Virus record (IMG/VR): IMGVR_UViG_3300005964_000044
Location: 1 to 8,427 of that record
DNA length: 8,427 bases
Direction: 5' to 3' (one strand)
The notes under the pieces are model-generated. The model saw only the letters and a program-made list of their open reading frames with translations, made no database searches and had not been told where the DNA came from. The position numbers and the translations under genes are program-made. Positions 1 through 6,979 of this stretch are shown piece after piece. Position 1 is the stretch's first letter. Every line of letters starts with the position of its first letter.

Positions 1-1
1 T

Positions 2-952
2 GCATATATTCGCTCAACATTTTCGCCAAAATTTTACGCAGTTTTTGGAATTTCACTCTGGCTAATTTATGTATTTTCAGCACCGGTATTAGCTGACCTA
101 GTACTCCTAAATTTCAATATTCCAGCAATTGATAAGTTCTTTATTTCTGAAGTGCTTTTCGCTATTGCTTTGTTCAGTATAGTTAAAAAGTCAATTTATG
201 CATATTTAGTAGACGGAATTGCAATTTTACAAATAATTGTTTCTTTAATTCTGCCAATTTCAAGTTTTCATTTTCAAGTCCAAAATTTCACAATATCAAA
301 TACTTTACTTTCAGCTTTATTATTTGATTTATCCATGTTTTTATTTCTAAATGCAATTAGTTATATTGCAGGAGAAACGAAAAATGTGAATAAAAATATG
401 AAAATTGGTTATTTTGCAAGCTATTTAGTAGTTACCATATTAGCAATATTAGATAGTTATTCAAATCTAAATATATTATTTGTATTAATGCCAATGTGGT
501 TTATGAGTTATATTTTTATCACTTCCATGATACAAAGTCGTTTAGTGCAAAATTTAGCGTTTGATAGAATTCTTCCCGAAAAATTTGCAAAAATAACGCC
601 TAACGTTTTACTATTAATCTTTATTGCTGATACAATTGCAAATATCTTAGAAAATCTACTAAACTTTTCAATTTCCTTTGGCTTTGACGGTCTATTATTT
701 ATTTTCTGGAACTTTATAATTGTTAGTTTTGCATTTCTAAAATTAACAAATAAAAAACTACTATTTTCAATAGTGTTAACTAGTCTAATTTTACAGATCT
801 TCTTATTCTTCTATTTAGGTCTTCAAAATCAAGTATTCTATAACTTTGTAATTGAGGGCAATTTCATATACATAATATTAAGAATATTACTAATGCCAAT
901 TGTTGGAGGAATTATTTACTTATTAAGGAGGAAAATTATAAACGCTGAATAA
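2..952 (+). CDS. APC-superfamily amino-acid permease-like membrane protein (rudiviral ORF399-type), 5'-partial
   Basis: The frame of the listed 152..952 ORF is open back to position 2 (AYIRSTFSPKFYAVFGISLW...), so the gene starts before the window. It has many hydrophobic TM segments. It carries APC-like motifs: AYIR (end of GGxYxY) and SRLVQNLAFDRILPEKF (cf. SRxxxAxAxDGxLPxxF). It lies directly upstream of the TGT-like gene, as recalled for SIRV1/2. Confidence 0.75.
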   Translation, partial: AYIRSTFSPKFYAVFGISLWLIYVFSAPVLADLVLLNFNIPAIDKFFISEVLFAIALFSIVKKSIYAYLVDGIAILQIIVSLILPISSFHFQVQNFTISNTLLSALLFDLSMFLFLNAISYIAGETKNVNKNMKIGYFASYLVVTILAILDSYSNLNILFVLMPMWFMSYIFITSMIQSRLVQNLAFDRILPEKFAKITPNVLLLIFIADTIANILENLLNFSISFGFDGLLFIFWNFIIVSFAFLKLTNKKLLFSIVLTSLILQIFLFFYLGLQNQVFYNFVIEGNFIYIILRILLMPIVGGIIYLLRRKIINAE

Positions 953-954
953 AG

Positions 955-1878
955 ATGAAGTTGATTTTTGGCATTTCTAGTTCAAGAAGTTATTTTTTTA
1001 AAACGAATTTTCCAGTTCTAATTAATCAGCTGAGATTTAAAAGAAAAACATGGAAAAATGAGACTTGGATAGACAGTGGAGGCTATCAAATTATACTTCA
1101 CGGTCTAGAAATTTCGCCACAAGAAATAGTACAAAAATATAAAAGCATAGATGCTTATGCATTTTTTTCTCTTGATATTCCTAGCGTTTTTTCGCCAATT
1201 GATAAACGAAATTTTGAATATTTCGAATATCTATATACCAAAATTGAGTATATAGAAAAAATTATACCAGTTTTACATATTTATCCACTTCAAGAACTAG
1301 ATGAAGCTATTGATTTTTATAAACAATATACTTATTATTTCGCAATTGGCGGAATTGTAGCTTCTAGTAAAATGAAAGTTTTAATTTATACATTTCCATG
1401 GATATTTTATGTAAGAAAAAAAGTTCCGTATCTTCACGTTTTAGGAATGTCAGCTCCATATTTTTTACAAATTTTTAATTTTGTTGAAAGCATGGACACA
1501 GCAACTCATAGCGTAACAACTTCATTCAGGGAGATCTTTTGGTTTGATGGTTCTAGAAAATACGTAGGCAAAAGAAAAGCTAAAAGAATGAATGAGGAGG
1601 AAAAAGAGCAATTATTTGAATTCTTAGATAAGCATAATTTTCCATTTGAATATGATTTAAACAATAGGCATATTTTAGAACTAATAAACGCTTATATTCT
1701 ATTGTATCATAATTGGAAAATTAAGAATAAGTATACTGAATATGCTGATAAATTAAGAAAAATGGGATTAGATAGTTTGACAATTGAGTTAATTAGAAAT
1801 TACAAAATTGGAACAGAATTGCTAAAAGAGAAAAAGAATAAAAAGAAAGAAGAAGATGAATTAGAACTTGAGATATAA
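955..1878 (+). CDS. Queuine/archaeosine tRNA-guanine transglycosylase-like (TGT/DpdA-like) protein, rudiviral ORF306/310-type
   Basis: TGT barrel motifs appear in order: WIDSGGYQI, LDIP, IPVLH, AIGG, LHVLG, SMDT (nucleophile Asp position). There is no Cys-based Zn site. ATG is 2 nt after the transporter stop. Confidence 0.85.
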   Translation: MKLIFGISSSRSYFFKTNFPVLINQLRFKRKTWKNETWIDSGGYQIILHGLEISPQEIVQKYKSIDAYAFFSLDIPSVFSPIDKRNFEYFEYLYTKIEYIEKIIPVLHIYPLQELDEAIDFYKQYTYYFAIGGIVASSKMKVLIYTFPWIFYVRKKVPYLHVLGMSAPYFLQIFNFVESMDTATHSVTTSFREIFWFDGSRKYVGKRKAKRMNEEEKEQLFEFLDKHNFPFEYDLNNRHILELINAYILLYHNWKIKNKYTEYADKLRKMGLDSLTIELIRNYKIGTELLKEKKNKKKEEDELELEI

Positions 1879-1923
1879 AAAAGAATTAAATCTTTACATT
1901 TTTAGATTTATTTTATAACATCC

Positions 1924-1951
1924 TAATTTTTTAATGTCATAATTTTAACTT
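1924..1951 (+). promoter_or_regulatory. Rudiviral TATA-like + GTC promoter for the 236-aa gene
   Basis: TAATTTTTTAATGTCATAATTTTAACTT lies just upstream of ATG 1965. A GTC just downstream of a TATA-like box is a known rudiviral promoter trait. A near copy precedes the convergent 64-aa gene. Confidence 0.5.
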
Positions 1952-1964
1952 TACTTGATCTAAA

Positions 1965-2675
1965 ATGAGGAAGATATACGCAAATGTAAAACAAATTAGA
2001 GTTAGTACGTCTATACCACAAAATGCAAATCTTCTATGGCAAAATGACAAATTAGCACTATATTATACCTATGATCCTTCTCAAGGAAGAGTGGATTGGA
2101 TTATGCAAAATAATACAAATTCTTCTATATTAGTGTCATTATTAAGAGGTGCTGAATTAAACATTAATGGACAGACTTATACAATTCCAGATTATCTATT
2201 TGGAAATGCTTTTGCTGAAGTTTATTTTGCAAACAATTTGTCTAATTTTATAACCGACTTGAACAATATTCCACTTTATTCATTAGCAATTGTAAATAAT
2301 AATAATGGAGTTAGAACTATAGCTTTTGTCTTTCAAATTCCACCAAATTCAGTAATTATAGCTCCAGAATATGGATTTAATGGTTTACAAAACATAGACG
2401 GTCAATTATTAGAAGCAAATCCGATAAATCAAAATCTATTTGGAATAATTTACGATTTTAGCGAAATTATTGAGTATGAATATCAGACCGGAATTAACGT
2501 GAACTATCCTCCAGATCCATATATAGTTCAAAGTTATCAATTTCTAATTGATAATTTAGGACAAATTATGACTCAAAGACTGATATTGGAAATACCAGAA
2601 AGCGATATAAATACTGTAAAATCCTTAGTTTCAGATTTTCAAAAAGTAATAGATAAATTGAAGAAAATATTTTAA
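1965..2675 (+). CDS. Hypothetical protein (236 aa, Asn/Ile-rich, probably beta-rich, with C-terminal amphipathic helix)
   Basis: Long ORF with its own promoter-like motif, followed by a T-rich tract (2683-2698). No family recognised. Confidence 0.8.
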   Translation: MRKIYANVKQIRVSTSIPQNANLLWQNDKLALYYTYDPSQGRVDWIMQNNTNSSILVSLLRGAELNINGQTYTIPDYLFGNAFAEVYFANNLSNFITDLNNIPLYSLAIVNNNNGVRTIAFVFQIPPNSVIIAPEYGFNGLQNIDGQLLEANPINQNLFGIIYDFSEIIEYEYQTGINVNYPPDPYIVQSYQFLIDNLGQIMTQRLILEIPESDINTVKSLVSDFQKVIDKLKKIF

Positions 2676-2697
2676 GTTCTATTATTTTTTTATTTTT

Positions 2698-2892
2698 TCA
2701 ATGATGAAAACAGTGTGACCACAGATCTACAAAAATTCCAGTTATAATTATCAATTGAAAAACTATGATCAGTTTCAAGATTTCATTATGAACTGAGAAA
2801 TAGAGAATAAAAGATAGAATAAAGAGAATTATCAGACCATATAAATCATGAGTTTTTCCGCTTAAAAAATAATGAAACATGTTACAACTCAT
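2698..2892 (-). CDS. Small membrane protein (~64 aa, two TM helices), probably leaderless
   Basis: The listed start at 2970 overlaps the upstream gene. The minus-strand motif TAATTTTTTAATTGTCATTTTTCAACTT (2926-2899) points to ATG 2892 (MSCNMFHY...). The protein has two hydrophobic segments. Confidence 0.6.
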   Translation of the reverse strand: MSCNMFHYFLSGKTHDLYGLIILFILSFILYFSVHNEILKLIIVFQLIIITGIFVDLWSHCFHH

Positions 2893-2927
2893 AAATTTAA
2901 GTTGAAAAATGACAATTAAAAAATTAC

Positions 2928-3233
2928 TTAATAATATGTTTTCCAAATTAACAAAGCTATTAAATACCATAATTGTTCTTTTGGTATTTCGGCAAATATA
3001 CCGTTTTTAGCAAATTTATACGCATTATAAAGTCCTTCTATTTCATGTGTTATGTCTTCAATTTTCCATTTTTCAGGTTCCATAATTCCATTTTTTGTTT
3101 TAATTTCAATTGATGTTTTCATGTCCTTTATCCGTATTTTTAATTTATTATATTCATTATTTCCTTTCTTAACTTTTACTAATTGCATAGAAAAATTTAA
3201 TTCTAAATCCTTTACAACTTCTTCTTCTGTCAT
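2928..3233 (-). CDS. Hypothetical protein (~101 aa), candidate early/anti-defence gene
   Basis: Downstream of class-I promoter copy 1. ATG 3257 is too close to the TATA box to be transcribed. ATG 3233 (MTEEEV) has GGAGA upstream. Confidence 0.75.
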   Translation of the reverse strand: MTEEEVVKDLELNFSMQLVKVKKGNNEYNKLKIRIKDMKTSIEIKTKNGIMEPEKWKIEDITHEIEGLYNAYKFAKNGIFAEIPKEQLWYLIALLIWKTYY

Positions 3234-3263
3234 TTTTTCATCTCCATAAAAAAGCATATAATT

Positions 3264-3299
3264 TATGACAAATTTAAAAATGTCTCAAGTTTTTGATTT
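3264..3299 (-). promoter_or_regulatory. Class-I repeated early promoter, copy 1
   Basis: + strand tatgacaaatttaaaaatgtctcaagtttttgattt; the minus strand reads TTTAAA box then TTTGTCATA. Confidence 0.85.
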
Positions 3300-3360
3300 T
3301 CAAAATAATAAGTTAAGAAAAAGAAAAAAATTATAGATAAAAAACGATTAATTTAAAACT

Positions 3361-4083
3361 TTAATCAGCTTTATGACTTCTTGGCTTTGGATGCGTAATT
3401 AAATAATATTTATTTCCGCTTAGCATAACTGAATTTTCGCCATGATCCGGCGATTTCATAACAAATGTTGTAGAATTTTGAAGATATACTAAAAACGTAG
3501 AACCAGGCGTTGAAAATAAATCAGTAGCTAATACAGTATTTGAAAATTGTATTTCATGGTTGTAAATCGTTAGACTGTTTACATGATTTAAACTAAGATT
3601 TAAGTCATTATTTGGCGGTGGAACTTCATAGATTTCCAAATTTCCTTGATTAAACGTTAGATTAAATTGATATAGTTGACCTTTTACAAATATATCGTAA
3701 ATTTCTATTGAATAATTGCTATAACTAATAAGTAATTCTTTAGAACTAAGATTTAAAAGTTCTAGTTCTTTTAATATAATGTTTTTCATATCCTCTAAAC
3801 TTCTTGTAATTTTATTTCTTCTGTAAACTGATAGTATAGATGGTGCAGGTATGTAATATATACCTTTAGTTTCATCTAATTGACCATCAACATTTCTAAA
3901 ACATCCATTAAATGTTAGTCCTGACCTTGAAACATATTTTGAGCAATTTACATAATGATTTGAAATTAATGAAATTTTGGTAACTTGACCATTCATATGT
4001 TTTAACATAAAAACTTGTGGCAAATGAATTATTTGTTTTAAAATTTTAACTTCATACTTTTTTTGATCTTCAACTTGGGACAT
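3361..4083 (-). CDS. acrIIIB1: Anti-CRISPR AcrIIIB1 homolog (SIRV2 gp48-like; inhibitor of type III-B Cmr)
   Basis: Co-linear similarity to the recalled AcrIIIB1 sequence along its length: EVKxxKxxxxLPxVF, VNCxxYxSRSGxTxxGC, GIY, YSNYxIEIYDIxxKGxxYxFxL, QGxLxxYxVPxP, IYNH, TPG, SxDH, C-terminal HPxPR. The size (~240 aa) fits. Likely start is ATG 4083 after SD GGTG; GTG 4095 is the alternative. Confidence 0.9.
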   Translation of the reverse strand: MSQVEDQKKYEVKILKQIIHLPQVFMLKHMNGQVTKISLISNHYVNCSKYVSRSGLTFNGCFRNVDGQLDETKGIYYIPAPSILSVYRRNKITRSLEDMKNIILKELELLNLSSKELLISYSNYSIEIYDIFVKGQLYQFNLTFNQGNLEIYEVPPPNNDLNLSLNHVNSLTIYNHEIQFSNTVLATDLFSTPGSTFLVYLQNSTTFVMKSPDHGENSVMLSGNKYYLITHPKPRSHKAD

Positions 4084-4115
4084 ACGACCTGACACCTGTA
4101 AATGAAAATATGCTA

Positions 4116-4151
4116 TATGACAAATATAAAGTATTCGAAAAGTCTTGATTT
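4116..4151 (-). promoter_or_regulatory. Class-I repeated early promoter, copy 2 (acrIIIB1 promoter)
   Basis: tatgacaaatataaagtattcgaaaagtcttgattt, in the same 36-nt register as the other copies; it is the most diverged copy. Confidence 0.8.
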
Positions 4152-4169
4152 AAAAAAATATAAAAAGAA

Positions 4170-4454
4170 TTATTTTTCATAATATTCTATTGTAATTCTA
4201 TCAATTGGAAAATCATATCCTGTTATCATCTCTAAAGTTCTTTTTGGTTCCTTAACTAGTAAGCAAAATAATTCATCTAGATTTTGAACTCCAAAATCTT
4301 CATAAGTACTGCCACTAATATCTTTAACTTCTCTATTAATTTCAAAATCAATTAAACAATATTTACCTTCATAATCTGTAATAAAATAACTTTCTTCCTC
4401 AGATAAAACAATTCTAAAACCATAATTATATTTTTCAACTATTATATCAACCAT
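4170..4454 (-). CDS. Small acidic hypothetical protein (94 aa), candidate anti-defence protein
   Basis: SD GGTGA 8 nt before ATG. It starts 16 nt after the upstream stop, suggesting an operon. Very D/E/Y-rich and immediately upstream of acrIIIB1. Confidence 0.8.
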   Translation of the reverse strand: MVDIIVEKYNYGFRIVLSEEESYFITDYEGKYCLIDFEINREVKDISGSTYEDFGVQNLDELFCLLVKEPKRTLEMITGYDFPIDRITIEYYEK

Positions 4455-4470
4455 TTTTCCTTCACCTTGT

Positions 4471-4767
4471 TCAACAATTTATTATCCAATCTTTATTTCC
4501 ATATTTCTCTTCAAATTCTTTTATTTTTCTTTGTTTTAGTAATTTTATAATTTCTTTAACTTCTTCTTCAGAAATTTTCAGGCAATCCCTTCCATTATAA
4601 TGGCTAATTGTAATAGTAGACGTAACTTTGTCACGATATACTTTTTCAACTTCAACATAATATTCACCATCTTTTTTCACGATATAATAATAATAATCTT
4701 CAAACTTAGTTCCTACTTTTTTAGCGTAAATTATTTTTCTATTTTCTTGACTTGAACTTCCTGACAT
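4471..4767 (-). CDS. Small hypothetical protein (~98 aa), candidate anti-defence protein
   Basis: Downstream of promoter copy 3. The leader TTTACAGGTGAtggaatatATG mirrors the acrIIIB1 leader TTTACAGGTGtcaggtcgtATG, so the start is probably 4767 rather than GTG 4779. Confidence 0.8.
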   Translation of the reverse strand: MSGSSSQENRKIIYAKKVGTKFEDYYYYIVKKDGEYYVEVEKVYRDKVTSTITISHYNGRDCLKISEEEVKEIIKLLKQRKIKEFEEKYGNKDWIINC

Positions 4768-4799
4768 ATATTCCATCACCTGTAAAACGATTTATTCAT

Positions 4800-4835
4800 T
4801 ATGACAAATATAAAAATATCTTGAACTTTCGATTT
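4800..4835 (-). promoter_or_regulatory. Class-I repeated early promoter, copy 3
   Basis: tatgacaaatataaaaatatcttgaactttcgattt. Confidence 0.85.
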
Positions 4836-4856
4836 ATAAAAAAGAAAAAAATAATA

Positions 4857-5321
4857 TTAATTTTTGACAAATTCGATTTTATAATTTTTCTTTAAGAGAT
4901 AATACACTTTGAAATAGACAGGATCGGCATGACTGATAATAGATTCTGGTATCATCTTCAGTAAAGTAATAATATCTTCTGGAACATTATATTCATCACC
5001 ATAATATATGATTATTTTATTTTCTTTAACTTCAAACCTATGCCAAGAATATGCTTTTTTATAATCTATAATATAATTATGAGAACCATTATTCCATTCA
5101 TCATATGCTATATACTTTATATTATCATTATAAATAAAAATTACAGAACTAACATATCTATCATTTACGGTATTTCTTAATTTTTCAAATAGATATTCCT
5201 TTAACTCTTTATAATTTATTTTCTGCACTTCATCCCATAGCTGAATAATTTCATATCTTAAAATCTCTAATTGATTTATTATTTGATTTATTTTCTCTAA
5301 TTGTTGATCAAATCCACTCAT
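4857..5321 (-). CDS. Hypothetical protein (154 aa, N-terminal coiled coil), paralog A
   Basis: SD GGTGA before ATG and promoter copy 4 upstream. Visibly homologous to the 5496-5969 product. Confidence 0.85.
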   Translation of the reverse strand: MSGFDQQLEKINQIINQLEILRYEIIQLWDEVQKINYKELKEYLFEKLRNTVNDRYVSSVIFIYNDNIKYIAYDEWNNGSHNYIIDYKKAYSWHRFEVKENKIIIYYGDEYNVPEDIITLLKMIPESIISHADPVYFKVYYLLKKNYKIEFVKN

Positions 5322-5351
5322 CTTTACTTTTCACCAAATCAATTTACGTTA

Positions 5352-5387
5352 TATGACAAATTTAAAAATGTCTTTAGTTTTCGATTT
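5352..5387 (-). promoter_or_regulatory. Class-I repeated early promoter, copy 4
   Basis: tatgacaaatttaaaaatgtctttagttttcgattt. Confidence 0.85.
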
Positions 5388-5429
5388 ATCGATTTTTTTA
5401 AAAAATAGAATTATTATTTCAGATGTGAA

Positions 5430-5482
5430 AAAAATTATTGAAAAAAATAGAAGATAATGAACATGAAAATAGGAAGTTAAAA
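5430..5482. repeat. 53-bp exact direct repeat, copy 1 (terminator-like on the minus strand)
   Basis: aaaaattattgaaaaaaatagaagataatgaacatgaaaataggaagttaaaa is identical to 6078-6130. Confidence 0.95.
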
Positions 5483-5495
5483 AAGAAAGAAAAAA

Positions 5496-5969
5496 TTATT
5501 TTTGAACTTTAATGAAATTTATTTTATATCCTTTTTTCAATAGTAAATATAATCTCACAAATCCTTCATATGCCCAGCCAAGATTTGATTCTTTCATTAT
5601 TTTTAATAAATTCAATAAGTTATCTGAAAGATCATATTCCGAAAGATACATAAGATTTATAGTATATTTATCAGCATCAACATCATATCTATCCCAATAA
5701 TATATTTTATTCTTTATGATAAGTAAATTTCTTGAACCACTATGTTTTGGTTTAGATATATATTTTACATCATTATCATTCACAAAAATAACGCTATTTA
5801 CATCATTAACATTTGTAATTTCAAATAAATTATCAAAAAAATGTTTTATATCTTCCTCGTATATTGTTTCTGATATTTGTTTTTGTAACCTTTCTACTTC
5901 TTGTTTTAAATGTTCTAAACCATTAATTATTTCATCTATTTTTTCTAATTCAACTTTATTTTTATCCAT
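5496..5969 (-). CDS. Hypothetical protein (~157 aa, N-terminal coiled coil), paralog B
   Basis: The listed GTG at 5981 is part of the SD (GGTGAaagaaaaaATG), so the start is ATG 5969. Promoter copy 5 is upstream. Confidence 0.85.
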   Translation of the reverse strand: MDKNKVELEKIDEIINGLEHLKQEVERLQKQISETIYEEDIKHFFDNLFEITNVNDVNSVIFVNDNDVKYISKPKHSGSRNLLIIKNKIYYWDRYDVDADKYTINLMYLSEYDLSDNLLNLLKIMKESNLGWAYEGFVRLYLLLKKGYKINFIKVQK

Positions 5970-5999
5970 TTTTTCTTTCACCTAAAACAACATGTACTA

Positions 6000-6035
6000 T
6001 ATGACAAATTTAAAAATGTCTTTAGTTTTCGCTTT
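6000..6035 (-). promoter_or_regulatory. Class-I repeated early promoter, copy 5
   Basis: tatgacaaatttaaaaatgtctttagttttcgcttt; 5998-6031 is identical to 5350-5383. Confidence 0.85.
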
Positions 6036-6077
6036 ACGAATTTCCTAAAATGTTAGTATTAATATTTGAAACATGAG

Positions 6078-6130
6078 AAAAATTATTGAAAAAAATAGAA
6101 GATAATGAACATGAAAATAGGAAGTTAAAA
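6078..6130. repeat. 53-bp exact direct repeat, copy 2
   Basis: Identical to 5430-5482 at an offset of 648 bp, the same offset as promoter copies 4 and 5. Confidence 0.95.
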
Positions 6131-6178
6131 TATAAAATTATAAAAATAAAATAAAATTAAGGAAAAAAGATAAAAAAA

Positions 6179-6406
6179 TTATTGAGTTTGTTGAAATTGA
6201 ATTTGTTTTTGAACTAATGAATTGAATGTTTTAAAAGCGTATTCATAATCATAACCATGATAATAGAAATAACGGTTTGTTAATGATATTTTGAAAACTG
6301 CATAACGAGAATTTTGACAGCAAACACATTTCGCTAATACAACATTTCCAACTTGTTTTACTGTTTGAAATTCGTGATACCTTATCCCTATAACTTGAAA
6401 TCTCAT
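6179..6406 (-). CDS. Small hypothetical protein (~75 aa, CVCC motif)
   Basis: Class-II promoter upstream, AGGT before ATG 6406, and a long T-rich tract after the stop. Confidence 0.7.
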   Translation of the reverse strand: MRFQVIGIRYHEFQTVKQVGNVVLAKCVCCQNSRYAVFKISLTNRYFYYHGYDYEYAFKTFNSLVQKQIQFQQTQ

Positions 6407-6432
6407 ACCTATCAATTATATATATGTAAAAA

Positions 6433-6453
6433 CTTATATTTAAACTTTTCTCT
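6433..6453 (-). promoter_or_regulatory. Class-II promoter (BRE+TATA), copy 1
   Basis: Minus strand AGAGAAAAGTTTAAATATAAG; 21 bp identical to 6959-6979. Confidence 0.85.
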
Positions 6454-6541
6454 ATCTTTTTACCTTTTCATTTTTCGATTTCTTTAACGCTAAACATGTT
6501 AACTCTCAATTTGTGCATATCTTGAATTTATATTTAAAAAC

Positions 6542-6598
6542 TGAGAAAAATTAGACATAAAGATAGATAATAAGAAGAATGAAACTAAAAAGCTAAAA
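6542..6598. repeat. Diverged third copy of the intergenic 53-bp block
   Basis: 42/57 identical, ungapped, to 6074-6130 by manual alignment. A-richness inflates the identity. Confidence 0.55.
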
Positions 6599-6670
6599 GA
6601 TAAAGTTAGAAAAATAAAAATGAACTAACAAAGAGAAAAAAACGTTAACTTAATACAAATAAAAAAATTA

Positions 6671-6931
6671 TTAAGATTTAGGAAGTAATAGATAAACGTT
6701 ATCGCCTGCATTTATTTTCACAATAAAATTCTGCTTTAACCATGAAATATATTTTAAACCACAACCAGGTATTGGATTGTAGAAACATGTTGTTGAAACC
6801 TCATGCCATTCGTAATGTGGACAATCCTGAATTATCATTCCGCCTCCAACATCATATTTTTCCCCCAATCTAACATTACAATTTGAACAATAATATGTAG
6901 TAACATTTCCTTCTATTTCTCTTTTCAACAT
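6671..6931 (-). CDS. Small Cys-rich, putative zinc-binding protein (~86 aa)
   Basis: CSNC...CPH...C...C pattern. The listed 5' extension overlaps the promoter; SD GGTGA precedes ATG 6931. Confidence 0.75.
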   Translation of the reverse strand: MLKREIEGNVTTYYCSNCNVRLGEKYDVGGGMIIQDCPHYEWHEVSTTCFYNPIPGCGLKYISWLKQNFIVKINAGDNVYLLLPKS

Positions 6932-6958
6932 CTTTTCACCAATATACATATCACATTC

Positions 6959-6979
6959 CTTATATTTAAACTTTTCTCT
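6959..6979 (-). promoter_or_regulatory. Class-II promoter (BRE+TATA), copy 2
   Basis: Identical to 6433-6453. Confidence 0.85.

Noticed and set aside
152-154. GTG start for the membrane protein
   Set aside because: The frame is open to the window edge and includes a conserved-looking upstream motif, so the gene begins outside the window.
3052-3249. 65-aa + strand ORF
   Set aside because: Antisense shadow of the promoter-supported 2928-3233 gene, with the F/S/I composition typical of such shadows.
4170-4454. AcrID1 assignment for the acidic 94-aa protein
   Set aside because: Similar size and charge, but no motif match to the AcrID1 sequence I recall.
5512-5985. 62-aa and 89-aa + strand ORFs
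   Set aside because: Antisense to paralog B, whose reading frame is validated by homology to paralog A.
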